Source: a virus. From it: 64,000 bases of DNA. Of this stretch, positions 41,906 to 52,996 are shown in pieces. Position numbers and translations under genes: made by a program. The notes under the pieces were generated by a model. The model searched no databases. It was not told the DNA's origin and worked only from the letters and a program-made list of their open reading frames with translations. The stretch's first letter is position 1. The number at the start of each line of letters is the position of its first letter. Location of the stretch: the IMG/VR virus record IMGVR_UViG_3300008448_012223; one strand, written 5' to 3'.

Positions 41906-44900
41906 AGTAACTCTCGCTCTCATTTCGATAGGCCATACTATTAGGACGGTCTACTGTTAGGTCGCTCATATAGAGGGCGTCATAGGTGTCGTATTCATCA
42001 CCATTGAATATAGTTTGTACGAAGAACTCAACAGGGGAGCCCGCGTCATCTACGACCTCGGTTTCAGCATTATCCTCTCGTTCCATGCGAGCTCTATTCA
42101 TACTCTCTTGAGTAGCGCGTATACCGGCGCTAACAGCATCTAGAGCTACGGGGGCTACACTACGCTGCATACTGACCTCTAACCCACGATGGAGTAACTT
42201 ATTTACGAAGCCTGCTGATACGAGACTCAATGCCCCCGTGATGACGTTGCTAGCTACATTACGCAGGCCCGCGAATGGGTCAGAGTCTATTGTGGGAGCC
42301 TTACCGAGTGTCTTCTCTACGAATGGGTTGATGATATAGCGGCCTGCCAGTTGAGCTGTTGCGCCAAAGGCTATCTCCTGTGCTAGTAGCATACCGACAC
42401 CAATTGTATAGTCCTCGTGTAGTTGACCTGCTAGGCGTCCCTTGAATCCCATACTCATCAGAGTACCTGCGGCGAAACGTCCCAACTGGTTACCTGCTGG
42501 GGCGCTTACGTAGGCCATAGCGCCTAGCATATTACCCATAGTCTGCTGCATTGCCTCGGGGCGGGCTCCGCCACTACTAATCATATCTCCTGCCAGTGCC
42601 ATTAGGGGGAATAGAAGTACATCCATTATATTACCGGCAGTATTGTTAAGAATAGGTAGATCATCTGCTACGCGCAAGAGGGGGCGGTCTGGTCGCGGGC
42701 GAGGATCCAGTGGGTCCACATCAGGAGGTGAGCCGGCCAGTAGATAATCGCGCCGACGAGCTGCTAACTCCTTAGCCCTATCTGGGGCGACACCCATATC
42801 CTGTAGTAGTTTTATATAGCGCGTATCGACGTCACGGCTCTCATAGTCTCGTAGCTCCTCTACTAGTCTATCGGCTGTATCTACCTGCTGACCTAGTGCT
42901 GTAGCGCGAACATAAGTAACCAATCGACTAGTGGCTATCTCATCTGTGAGAACTGTCTTCTGAATAAACTCTATTATCTCCTTATCAGCTGGGCTAGGGG
43001 TGCCGCTATTGAGTAACACACTAAAGATATCTGCTATTTCATAGCGCTTACCATCAGCGTGAGTGAAGGTATCCATAAGAGACTCGAGGGCCCGTGCTAC
43101 CTGCTCAGGCTCGTTTATCTTCCCGGCCGATACAGCCTGTAACAGTGATCTAACTAGCGGACTAGCTCCTAAGCCAGTAGGGTCACCAGCGGCAGTAATC
43201 AGATCCTGACCGAGTACATCCTCTAGTTGTCCTCCGTATAGTGTGGAGCGGGTACTATCATTAATAGCGAAGCGCAGTAGTTTACTGCCATCAGTATTAG
43301 CCCAGAGTGATGCACTCTCCCTACTACGTAGGAAGTTCATAGCTAATATACGCTTAGTATTCGTACCCATATCCTGGAAGCGCTTATCTCCTATTACATC
43401 ACGAGTGAAGTTCTGGAACTCTTCTACTTCTATCTCCATCTCGGTGAGGCCATTAGTGATGCCACCTGCTATGAGGGCATCTATCTGAGCGGCCCGCGCG
43501 GGCTCGCTATTTATGTAGGTCTCCACACTCTCTGCTAGGCCTCTACCAGAGCTAATGGGGTTACCTGCCTTATCGGTTGGCATAGCCCGCTCAAAGGCGA
43601 ATACAGCCGCCATACCTACTAGGTCCTGTCGTAGTTGATAGCTGGCTATGAGGGCGCGGCTATGAGTACCTATCTCATCTCCTCGCAGTACACTCAATCG
43701 ACGAGATAAATCTAACTGCTCAGCCTCTCCAATGGAGAGTTTAGTCAGTAGATCATTAATCTTAGAGTCCTGAGCATCATTAGTAGCTGATGCCAGTAAT
43801 TCTTTATGAGCTTCTATATACGCATCTAACTTAAATAGAGGAGTTATAGACGGTAGTAGTTTACTCATATCATCCACTACACGCTGGCGCTCCACATCAT
43901 CGACGGCATCTACAAAGCGCTTATGGTACTGCGATAAGTTCTCTAGGAACTCAGCGCCACCCATCTTAGGCTTAATAGCATCCCGCAGCATTTGTTGTAT
44001 CTCTTGCAGGAATGTGCCTACCTCGCCTACCTCTGTCCTACTCTGGCGGGCCAGTCTCTGTATATCCGCTATCTTACTATCGGCCTCTAGGTTAGCATCA
44101 CTCGCGCTCATGCCACTTGCTATACCCTGATCGATTAGTATACGACGTATGTCATCCTGTAGGGCCGAGCTATTCTCTAGTGCGTGTGATACAGCCATGA
44201 TGGGGGAGCGCTCGTATAGCATACCCACGGTAGTATTATATGTCTTACCGAGGATTACACTACCTGCCTGACCCAGTACCTTCTGCATCATATCAAATTG
44301 ACCGCCGCTCATGACACTACCATCAGCGCGCTTCATGTACTTACTGAGATTATCGCGAGCATTAACAGCAGTTAATTTATGCAGGAAGTCATATGCCTTC
44401 TCTTCCTGATCGTTACCTGTAGCGCTCAGGATATCATGTAGACTAGCCCGCACGAATGGCCCTATATCAGGATTATTAACGAGATCGGTTAGTATGTTCT
44501 GGTCTGTAGAGGTAGATAATCTATTAACTATATCAACTGCACTATCGGTTCTACTCTGCTGTATTAACTCTAATAGGGATTCGTGAGCTGGGTGTATACG
44601 CGCGTATACATCCTCCATCATACCGAAGAGACCGCGGGCCTGTTCTACTAGTACCAGGGCATGTTCTATACCTCTCTGTTCCAGCATACCCTTATCTAAT
44701 TTCATATAGCCCGCTACCCAGCTATACACTGAGTCGGTATACTCATTCCAACTAGCATTAGTGGTTACCTGCTGTATAGTATCCAGTAGAGCACTGGCAC
44801 GCGTCTCTAAATCGCTAGCTTGCTTCTCTAGAATGGTACGCTTAGCGGGATCAGCAGCCTGAGATGCCATCTCCCGCCGCTCCTTAGCGCGTTCCAGCAT

Positions 44901-47900
44901 ATCATCGCGCTGCAACTTCATCTGAGAGTAATTGAAGAATATAGCGCTGAAGGTATCCCCGTCGAAGTCTCCTAGGTTACTGGCTATAAAGCTGATGGGA
45001 TTAAGTAGAGTCAATGACTTATTACGAGTATCATCAAAGAAGTTAAAGCCACTGCCAGTCAGGTCTCGGTATATGTTATTGATACTATTGAGTGTATCTA
45101 ATCCGAACACCAGCTTATCGAGATGGGTGTTCCCAGGGGGCGGGCTACGTTGAATCCAGGCTCTCGTTAACTCCAGCTCAGTGAAGAATATACTCATATC
45201 AGCCTGCAGAGTACTATTCATTATGAATAATGAATCGCGCGCTGCACGATTAGCCATAACTGGATCTAGTTCCATTGCATAGGCGGCGTTTGCATCACTT
45301 ACCAGCTTCCTATACTGAGTTATGAGAGCCACGCCTCTATTATGTAAATCAGTGCCCCGCGGGCTCTTACCTTCTAAATACGTATCTACAGCAGAGGTTA
45401 CGTCATTAATAGTTCTCTCTAGACTATCTAGTCTAGTAGAGAATGTATTCAGCATCTCAGCACCATCCTTACCACGCGTATCGCTGAAGAAGGATAGGTC
45501 TATGGGATTCTTACGTGCACGACCCTGTAGTAGATCCAGGTTATCAAACCTATTACCTAATGCATTAGTGTCAATGTAGATCCGCATATTATCAGGTATG
45601 ATAGAGCGGGCCGGGCCCTGACTACCTATCATGAGCCCAGAGATAATAATAGGTAAGTGACCCAGATCTCTATACTTATGAGTTTCAGCTCCAGGCAGAG
45701 ATTCCAGTATTGTGCCCATCTCGGCTTCACCTAGAGTAGATACCAGAGAATCCCCGCTACCGCTGAATTTCATGCTACTGAATCTATCCATCTCGGCCTT
45801 AATTTCTATCTCTAGATGAGCGTATTCAGCTGCCTGTAAACCAGGAGCCAGTTTTTCTATACCGGCTATCCTACTCTGGAAGTTCTTACTTTTATCTACT
45901 ACTGTCTCCAGCCCATACATGCCCGCTATACTGAGTCCCTCGGTTATAGCATATATCTGCTGTTGTATTAACCTACGACCAATTCTCTTATCACCTGATT
46001 GGCCAATAACAGACAGGTTATTCTTGAGATGGTCTCCTAATCTAGTAAGTATCTCCTCTCGTGTCTGACTACCTCGCGTACCGAAGCGCTCCATAGTGGC
46101 CTCTGCTAGTACGGCGCCACGCACAGGTACATACCAGCTAGCGGCCCCTACGCCAGTAGTACCTGTCACGCCTATTTTATTACCAGTGATAGGCTGCAGA
46201 TATGCGCTCGCCAGGTCATTATAAACGCGGGCCTCATAGGTGCTATTGAGTTCCTGGAACCTAGTCAACTCCTGTATCTGGAAGTCACTGAGGCCCTCTA
46301 GTTCAATAGTAGTCCTCGAACTAGACTCAATGGCTACCTTCTCGAAGATATCACGTACTGTACTACCGGGGGCCAGCATAACCCATTTATCTACTGTAGC
46401 AGCAGCTATCTCATTCTCGTGGCTACCGAACTGAATACCTGCTATTCTCACATCTTCAGGACTCAGGATAAATCCCCTCTCCTTAATAGCTGTATTGAAT
46501 ACAACGTTATTTCCCTCTATACGGAAGGAGGGAAACTCATAAGCTATACGACGAAGATTCTTCTGGCCCATTGACTGCACGGTAGCTTCAGTGGCCTCTA
46601 CACCCAGTACTTTATCTCCTGCTAGACGCCAGCGGGACGCATGGGCATATATATCATTCTTCAGGACACGAAGTGACTGGCGTACTACATTACGTAGAGT
46701 ATCTCTATCAGTCCCCGCAGGTTGGCCCATCCATGTCGCTATCTCATCAAGTATAGTATGAGTAACATTAGTAGTATCAGGGCCCGACCCTCTAGTATAC
46801 GACACCATGTCAGTATCACTGGCACTCTCGAGTAGAGACAATGCAGTGTGGAACTGCCGGTATCGCTCGCGTAGATTAGTTATATCGCTTAGTGGGGCCC
46901 GCGCATCGTTATACACTCCTAGTAATATCTCTCCTAGCGTAGAATTAGCATGGAAGTCTAGACCAGCCAGGTCATACATAGGAATATCATCCACCGCCAT
47001 CTTATTGGGGTCTGCCCCTATAGCCATCTTCATGACGCCAAGGATAGCCCTACGCATACTATCAACACTACCATCACGCTTGAATTTATCCACGTTAGCC
47101 ATGAAGGGACTAGATACTATATGCTGCATTTCTAGTTGCGCAGTGTCCTTACTACTCAATGGCACCTTAGAGCTACTACCCATCACGGCATTATATAGCA
47201 CTACATAGCGAGAGTAATTACTCAATCTATCGAGCATAACGGCCACGTTTTCCTGGCCTACGCTTATCTCATCTGCCTGCGTAACGCCTGCTATAACGCT
47301 CATAGCCGCATACGCATGACGAGATATACTATCGCTACCAGTCACTGGCGTAGTATTGAGCTCTAGGGTATTATTAAGTGACATGAGCTGCATCATAATC
47401 TCTAGGTTACCGGCTATAGCAGCGCGCTCAAAGCCGCGACCCATAGCCCCAGTATCTACATAACCCCTGCGCGCTGCATCTGCTGCATCTACTATCAGAC
47501 CTACCTTATTAGATAATGACCCACTACTAGTTCCACTACGCAGGGCTGTCATTATCTCTGATATATCAATGGCCCCTAGAACAGGACTCTGTAGTCTATT
47601 AATAGCACCGTCGCTCCCGCGTACTAGCTTCCTACCTATTTCGAGATGAGGGGAGCCATCTCCTAGCTTATCACTCTGCATAAGTTCCAGCATAGTAGAC
47701 ATATAGAGGTCACGATAGTAATTACCGAGCCGCCCCTGCGCTGCCAACTGTGCTATTTCTATATAGACAGTGTCTATATTGATATTGCTATTATTACTAA
47801 AGAGACGCGAATCAGCTATGGAAAGGAGAGCGGCCGCTATCTGCTGATCATTCCGTTCTAGTACCCCCCGACGAAATAGCTCCCCACCATTATAGGTAAG

Positions 47901-50900
47901 TAGGGTGGCCCCGTGATTGAATGCGTAGCTCTTCAGGTTAGTGGGGCTGACTATATACTGGATGTCCTCTATCTCGAGGGCACTATGGTAGCCCCCTTGC
48001 TGTATAGTGGGGAACACCTCACTACGCATAATATCCTCGCTCAGGAACACAGGGACTATCTTAGCCAGACCGCGCTCCGCTTCTACCCTTCGAGAGCCAC
48101 CTTCAAGTAGAGTGCGTAGGAATTGTATCTGTACCTGCACTTCATTAGTAGCATCGCTACCAGTCAGCCTACTAACCTGTAGTAGCTGCTCAATAGCGTA
48201 CTCGCCGCGTATACCGGCTGCGGCACTAGTAGCCATAGCGGCCCCCATATTAGGATTACGAGATGTACTCTCTATCTGGCCTAGAAATACGCGCATCTCA
48301 CTACGACTAGTGATAGCCTGCTTACGGCGTCCCTCTCTATCTAGTAGATAGTAGCGTTGTTCTCCCTCATCGAATACAATACGGTCGTCGCTACTCACTA
48401 CTATATTATCGAATGTCCAGTCCCGCCCCAGTAGACTAGCCTTACTACTCTTAGTAGCCTGATCTAGGAAGCCACGTCTTACCCTATGTAGTGGGTTAGC
48501 ATACGCGTAGTCACTATAGGCCCCCTCTAGCGCCATAATCATAACAGTAGGGCGGGCCCGTCCAGAGCCTATCAATCCCCGCTCTCTACTAGCGAAGAGC
48601 TGAGATTGCACTATAGTAGCGCGGAATAGCTCAGCCAGTACGCTATCATCCTCAGTGGGTATATCCTCACTATCAATACCCAGGCGGTCGGCCAATTCAT
48701 AACGTATAGCCTCTAACTCTACAGCCGCCTCACTACTCATAAAGCGCGATATTCTACCACTGAATATAGCACCATAGCGATAACCATCATCTACGATACT
48801 ACTATCTAGTCCACGTGCCTCTAACCCCGCGCGCAGGTCAGCTAGGTATGCGTCTTGATACGTGCTGCCCTGCAGTACATCTACATCGCTACCACCGTAG
48901 CGGGCCCTATACCTAACGGGAGTCAACTCAGGTATGACCTTACCGGTATCAGTGGGACTAACTAGCTCCAGCACCTGGGTGTAGCTCTCACTTATATCCA
49001 TGAGGGGGCGCATGCCAATCACGTTCTTGAGACGCTGAGGCACCTGATCCGGCTTATTGGGATCAAAGAAGAACCTGAGTAGGTTATCGCCGCGGGCATC
49101 GAACTCTGCTTCTAGCAGGGAGCGGTCTATACCCAAATGACTCACTGCCTTCATGTATTCGCTCAGCTCATCTCGCCGTATGATATCCCCCACACCAGTA
49201 CTGCGTATGATGGATAGGTCGAAGACCTCACTGGCAATGGCACGGCGAGATAGAGGTAGCACATTATTATAGGCAGTGAAGTATTGACTCTCATCAGTAG
49301 CCGTAGGGCTCACGTTACCTTCAGCAACTCGTACAAAGAGGAAGTCATCGCCTACACCGAGGTCAGATACCGGACCTATAGGCAATGGGCTAGCAGTATA
49401 AGCAAAGGCACTCAGGTTACTAAAGGTAGTCTCATTAGCCTTAATACGACGTAGCGCAGCATTAACTATAGATATACCGGCAGGCTGCCTACCTTGACCA
49501 AAGCCATAGGCTACTAAACGATTACTTGCTTGTGTAGAACCATAATTACGAGCCTGCGTAGGAGTGAGGAACGCAGCGAATGCGCTATCATGTATCTCCT
49601 TTAACCTCTCGCGCACATCAATATTATAACGACTATCATTCTGGGATTCGATAAACTTGAATAACACATCAGCGAACATGGGGCCCTGATCCATAATCTC
49701 ATATAGCTTATTAGCGGCAAGATTAAGGGCCCCCCTACGGTGTGCCTCTAGGTCTATTATAGGCTGGCCTTTCTCATCTATAGACCGCGCATAGGTAAGA
49801 AATATGTTAGATAGTTCCTCGAAGGCCACTCTACGACGGCTATCAGTACGAGATATACTCGCTAGGTCTCGTATACGATCTAGATCGGGGTCACTAGAGT
49901 AGAACAAGGAAGTCAGGTTACTGAGGCCCTGCTGTACTCTACTAGTACCCTCGTCCGTGGTTAGATCGAGACCACTCACGCCCAGTAGCTTCTCGAAGAA
50001 GTTCATGGCACTCTGATACTGAGCGCCGGAGTCACGCTGTACGGCCTGGGCGGCGCGTATATTATCAGGGCTATAGTATCTCTGGTACTCTATAAGTGGG
50101 GCCCGCACTAAACGAGTAGTCTCACTCTCTAACGCAATAGAGCTCATGAGGCCCACTACTACATCCAGTGGATTAAGGCGCAGGCGTCTACGAGGATCCA
50201 GACCCACACCACGACCATCACGTTCTATAGCCAGCTCCATACGCATTGTGCCAGTATTGAACAGCTCAGCTGACTCTATCTGACGACCCCCGCTTATATC
50301 TATGAAGGCAGCGGGCCCCCGTCCACTAGCGTTCTTATAGGCACCCCATCTATATACACGCTGAGTAGGTAGGCCCTTATTGAGTGTTAGAGTAGCACCC
50401 TCTAGATTAAGACCATCGTAGTCTCGCTGTATGCCTATGACCTCAGAGCCGACAGCCGCATTAACTCTCTCTATTTCATTGATTAGGTCCAGTATGGCTC
50501 TTCTATCTACTCTATTACTATACATAGACCTACGGTCCCGCCCACTATAATGAGTCTCACCTATTCGTTGTATTCCCAGGGAGCTCTGTAATTTATAGAA
50601 GGCTCGCGCGTATTCTCTATTCTCCTCATCACGCTCCTCACTAGAGAGACTGAGAGGGCTTGTCCCCCCCACCCTATCGTAAATTATATTGATCTCCTGG
50701 TTAACGAGTTGACGGCTCAGGAGATCATCACTATCTGCCAAAGAATTAAGACCATAGTTACTAGATCCCTGGCTACCACCCAGGATATCGAAGGCTTGAC
50801 GATTGTCTATATTCTGCATGCCCAGCCCGGCCCCTTGATTTATGGCGTCATTCTCGTAGGTCGCTAGGTATGCCTTAACGTGGCTGCGCGGTACTGCGGT

Positions 50901-52577
50901 CGGCTCTATATTACCACTAGCTATAGCTAATAGCTGCCGGGCCATCCGCTGACGGCCCTCGAGATCTCCACTATAGAAGCCATATCTATCTAATACGTTA
51001 GCCATATCACTAACACCAGTGCCCCGGTTCTCTCTAACCCATCGAGCCACGTCGTAGTTAGAGTCAGATAACTCAGCAGCTAGTCTTTGATTACCCAATA
51101 GTAAGCGACTCATAGGGTCCTGTACACCCTCTCGATAAGTATGTATATCTACACCTATACGAGCGCGCCCCTCTATAGCTAGATCTAATACCTTAGCCTG
51201 AAGTTTAGAGTACTCCTGCTCCTTAGCCTCTAGATACGCTTGGTAACCAGATAGTGTTCTCTCCGACTCAGGACTCTCCCCCATCTCCCCCTTAAGCTGA
51301 CTTGCCATCAGGGACTTATCGTGCTTGAGCAGGAACACCTGATTGAGTACCATATAGAGACGGCCCGTCTTACCATCGATAGTAGGCGTCTTAGTCAGCT
51401 CATCTACGTGGCGGCCTAGCGCAGTATTAATATCACCAGCACCACCTATATTATCCTGCCCCGTGAATAGAACTCTATCACCGCCCTCGAGTCTATCCAT
51501 GACATCGCGGGCCTGTAGATATAATTTATCAGCCCGCGTCATAGTACCAGGCAGTATACCTCTATCGGCATCCTGTATTTGACTATAGGTCAGGTTAGTG
51601 CGTATAGTCCGCGTGAACTCTACATTAGAACCTGCCTGTTCTAGCGATTGTCCTAGTGGCCGCGTCACGTTCATCGTACCTATGAGAGCGGCCCTATCAC
51701 TAACGAAGAACTTAGGGTGATTACGTCTATCAGCCCATTGGATATCTATATCTACATTACTCCCGAAGCGGTCCCGTAGATAGGACAGCCGTCTATAAAA
51801 CATAATGTTGGGGCCCAGGATATCATAATTCTTACGAGAGTCCCCATCAGTCTCAGATGGGGCAGCCATACGAACTACCACACGGCCCCTCTGGCCACTA
51901 CCAGCCATTCTCTCTACAGCTTCACCCACCATATCTATAGCGCGCTCATTCTGGAACTGATAGATGTCTATACGCAGTTCTCTCTCTGCTGTATCTACTA
52001 GCGCGGCAATAGGTAGTAAGCCGGGCCGTACATTATAACCATCATCAGATAGTAGATCCAACATGCTAGAGCGATTCTCTAGTAGTAGGCGGCGTTCATC
52101 GTCTATGCCCTCTAGGTTAGACTGCATAGTGAGCTGATCTCGCTGGGCCATCCAATTAAGCATATCATCAGTCTGGCTACGGGCAGGAGTAGCTGTACCC
52201 CCCATACCTGCCATGTATTCGAAGTGCTCCTGACGAGCGGGGCCCTCCATACTATCCCACAGACTCGAGATAGCAGCTCGACTACTACTAGTATCAACTA
52301 CCCTATCATAGAAAGCATCAGCTAGCACCATCTCCATAGAGGCGTCGGTACCAGGCGGTATAAAGTTAGGGTCCATTAATACTTCTAGAGGATTATAGCC
52401 CTGTAGTAATCTACTGCGCGTATTCTCAGGGATACGGTAGAGGGCATTCCAACGAGCACTGTCATTAAATCGATTACTAGAGAATAGTGAGCTATTGATA
52501 TCCATCAGTAGAGTACAAAACCTATTAAATATAGCTATAGCTGAAAAACTGCCTACTTTAGCGGGCAGTGGCCTCAT
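41889..52577 (-). CDS. Giant protein: tandem PLD-like domains plus single-chain two-barrel RNA polymerase (virion RNAP candidate)
   Basis: NHPKFFVSD...IGTMN and SHVKAYL...GSSN...NQE; beta-like VQIQFLRTLLEGGSRRVEAERGLAK...IQYIVSP; beta'-like WIQRSPP...LNPISFIASNLGDFDGD (DFDGD at 44955-44969). Confidence 0.8.
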   Translation of the reverse strand: MRPLPAKVGSFSAIAIFNRFCTLLMDINSSLFSSNRFNDSARWNALYRIPENTRSRLLQGYNPLEVLMDPNFIPPGTDASMEMVLADAFYDRVVDTSSSRAAISSLWDSMEGPARQEHFEYMAGMGGTATPARSQTDDMLNWMAQRDQLTMQSNLEGIDDERRLLLENRSSMLDLLSDDGYNVRPGLLPIAALVDTAERELRIDIYQFQNERAIDMVGEAVERMAGSGQRGRVVVRMAAPSETDGDSRKNYDILGPNIMFYRRLSYLRDRFGSNVDIDIQWADRRNHPKFFVSDRAALIGTMNVTRPLGQSLEQAGSNVEFTRTIRTNLTYSQIQDADRGILPGTMTRADKLYLQARDVMDRLEGGDRVLFTGQDNIGGAGDINTALGRHVDELTKTPTIDGKTGRLYMVLNQVFLLKHDKSLMASQLKGEMGESPESERTLSGYQAYLEAKEQEYSKLQAKVLDLAIEGRARIGVDIHTYREGVQDPMSRLLLGNQRLAAELSDSNYDVARWVRENRGTGVSDMANVLDRYGFYSGDLEGRQRMARQLLAIASGNIEPTAVPRSHVKAYLATYENDAINQGAGLGMQNIDNRQAFDILGGSQGSSNYGLNSLADSDDLLSRQLVNQEINIIYDRVGGTSPLSLSSEERDEENREYARAFYKLQSSLGIQRIGETHYSGRDRRSMYSNRVDRRAILDLINEIERVNAAVGSEVIGIQRDYDGLNLEGATLTLNKGLPTQRVYRWGAYKNASGRGPAAFIDISGGRQIESAELFNTGTMRMELAIERDGRGVGLDPRRRLRLNPLDVVVGLMSSIALESETTRLVRAPLIEYQRYYSPDNIRAAQAVQRDSGAQYQSAMNFFEKLLGVSGLDLTTDEGTSRVQQGLSNLTSLFYSSDPDLDRIRDLASISRTDSRRRVAFEELSNIFLTYARSIDEKGQPIIDLEAHRRGALNLAANKLYEIMDQGPMFADVLFKFIESQNDSRYNIDVRERLKEIHDSAFAAFLTPTQARNYGSTQASNRLVAYGFGQGRQPAGISIVNAALRRIKANETTFSNLSAFAYTASPLPIGPVSDLGVGDDFLFVRVAEGNVSPTATDESQYFTAYNNVLPLSRRAIASEVFDLSIIRSTGVGDIIRRDELSEYMKAVSHLGIDRSLLEAEFDARGDNLLRFFFDPNKPDQVPQRLKNVIGMRPLMDISESYTQVLELVSPTDTGKVIPELTPVRYRARYGGSDVDVLQGSTYQDAYLADLRAGLEARGLDSSIVDDGYRYGAIFSGRISRFMSSEAAVELEAIRYELADRLGIDSEDIPTEDDSVLAELFRATIVQSQLFASRERGLIGSGRARPTVMIMALEGAYSDYAYANPLHRVRRGFLDQATKSSKASLLGRDWTFDNIVVSSDDRIVFDEGEQRYYLLDREGRRKQAITSRSEMRVFLGQIESTSRNPNMGAAMATSAAAGIRGEYAIEQLLQVSRLTGSDATNEVQVQIQFLRTLLEGGSRRVEAERGLAKIVPVFLSEDIMRSEVFPTIQQGGYHSALEIEDIQYIVSPTNLKSYAFNHGATLLTYNGGELFRRGVLERNDQQIAAALLSIADSRLFSNNSNINIDTVYIEIAQLAAQGRLGNYYRDLYMSTMLELMQSDKLGDGSPHLEIGRKLVRGSDGAINRLQSPVLGAIDISEIMTALRSGTSSGSLSNKVGLIVDAADAARRGYVDTGAMGRGFERAAIAGNLEIMMQLMSLNNTLELNTTPVTGSDSISRHAYAAMSVIAGVTQADEISVGQENVAVMLDRLSNYSRYVVLYNAVMGSSSKVPLSSKDTAQLEMQHIVSSPFMANVDKFKRDGSVDSMRRAILGVMKMAIGADPNKMAVDDIPMYDLAGLDFHANSTLGEILLGVYNDARAPLSDITNLRERYRQFHTALSLLESASDTDMVSYTRGSGPDTTNVTHTILDEIATWMGQPAGTDRDTLRNVVRQSLRVLKNDIYAHASRWRLAGDKVLGVEATEATVQSMGQKNLRRIAYEFPSFRIEGNNVVFNTAIKERGFILSPEDVRIAGIQFGSHENEIAAATVDKWVMLAPGSTVRDIFEKVAIESSSRTTIELEGLSDFQIQELTRFQELNSTYEARVYNDLASAYLQPITGNKIGVTGTTGVGAASWYVPVRGAVLAEATMERFGTRGSQTREEILTRLGDHLKNNLSVIGQSGDKRIGRRLIQQQIYAITEGLSIAGMYGLETVVDKSKNFQSRIAGIEKLAPGLQAAEYAHLEIEIKAEMDRFSSMKFSGSGDSLVSTLGEAEMGTILESLPGAETHKYRDLGHLPIIISGLMIGSQGPARSIIPDNMRIYIDTNALGNRFDNLDLLQGRARKNPIDLSFFSDTRGKDGAEMLNTFSTRLDSLERTINDVTSAVDTYLEGKSPRGTDLHNRGVALITQYRKLVSDANAAYAMELDPVMANRAARDSLFIMNSTLQADMSIFFTELELTRAWIQRSPPPGNTHLDKLVFGLDTLNSINNIYRDLTGSGFNFFDDTRNKSLTLLNPISFIASNLGDFDGDTFSAIFFNYSQMKLQRDDMLERAKERREMASQAADPAKRTILEKQASDLETRASALLDTIQQVTTNASWNEYTDSVYSWVAGYMKLDKGMLEQRGIEHALVLVEQARGLFGMMEDVYARIHPAHESLLELIQQSRTDSAVDIVNRLSTSTDQNILTDLVNNPDIGPFVRASLHDILSATGNDQEEKAYDFLHKLTAVNARDNLSKYMKRADGSVMSGGQFDMMQKVLGQAGSVILGKTYNTTVGMLYERSPIMAVSHALENSSALQDDIRRILIDQGIASGMSASDANLEADSKIADIQRLARQSRTEVGEVGTFLQEIQQMLRDAIKPKMGGAEFLENLSQYHKRFVDAVDDVERQRVVDDMSKLLPSITPLFKLDAYIEAHKELLASATNDAQDSKINDLLTKLSIGEAEQLDLSRRLSVLRGDEIGTHSRALIASYQLRQDLVGMAAVFAFERAMPTDKAGNPISSGRGLAESVETYINSEPARAAQIDALIAGGITNGLTEMEIEVEEFQNFTRDVIGDKRFQDMGTNTKRILAMNFLRSRESASLWANTDGSKLLRFAINDSTRSTLYGGQLEDVLGQDLITAAGDPTGLGASPLVRSLLQAVSAGKINEPEQVARALESLMDTFTHADGKRYEIADIFSVLLNSGTPSPADKEIIEFIQKTVLTDEIATSRLVTYVRATALGQQVDTADRLVEELRDYESRDVDTRYIKLLQDMGVAPDRAKELAARRRDYLLAGSPPDVDPLDPRPRPDRPLLRVADDLPILNNTAGNIMDVLLFPLMALAGDMISSGGARPEAMQQTMGNMLGAMAYVSAPAGNQLGRFAAGTLMSMGFKGRLAGQLHEDYTIGVGMLLAQEIAFGATAQLAGRYIINPFVEKTLGKAPTIDSDPFAGLRNVASNVITGALSLVSAGFVNKLLHRGLEVSMQRSVAPVALDAVSAGIRATQESMNRARMEREDNAETEVVDDAGSPVEFFVQTIFNGDEYDTYDALYMSDLTVDRPNSMAYRNESESYSMDLV

Positions 52578-52633
52578 AGGATTATATCAATCAGCTTATC
52601 TGATATCTTATAACATATACATGGAGAGACGTT

Positions 52634-52996
52634 ATGCACACCATCAAGTTACCGAAGGGCCAATTCGAGGTTAGCTTCAAGCCGCCCCTGGTTCACGACC
52701 GCCGCGAGATGATCAAGAATTATAATAAGGAGTGCGGCCTATTACCTGAAGAAGTACTAGCTATTCGTTGTATTGTTAACATCAATGGCCGGGTCCTGGA
52801 TAGCGATGCCTACGACTACGAACCCGATGGTATCATTGACGACTGGTGTGTCGAGGACCAACAATACTTTATGGAGGTATTTAGTAGCCTATATCTCATT
52901 GACGATAAAGGGCGCGAGAAGGCCCAAGCGGAGGCAAAAAAGCTTATGGGTGTTTCCACGCGAGCTACGACTACAAAATCGAAGCAAGTCATCTAA
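52634..52996 (+). CDS. Tail-assembly-chaperone-like protein
   Basis: 120 aa, acidic, with an A AAA AAG slippery site near the 3' end. Confidence 0.6.
   Translation: MHTIKLPKGQFEVSFKPPLVHDRREMIKNYNKECGLLPEEVLAIRCIVNINGRVLDSDAYDYEPDGIIDDWCVEDQQYFMEVFSSLYLIDDKGREKAQAEAKKLMGVSTRATTTKSKQVI

Noticed and set aside
41889-52577. Tape-measure protein
   Set aside because: Globular enzyme motifs (PLD, DPBB, DFDGD), orientation opposite the tail genes, and no periodic Trp/Phe or TM pattern.
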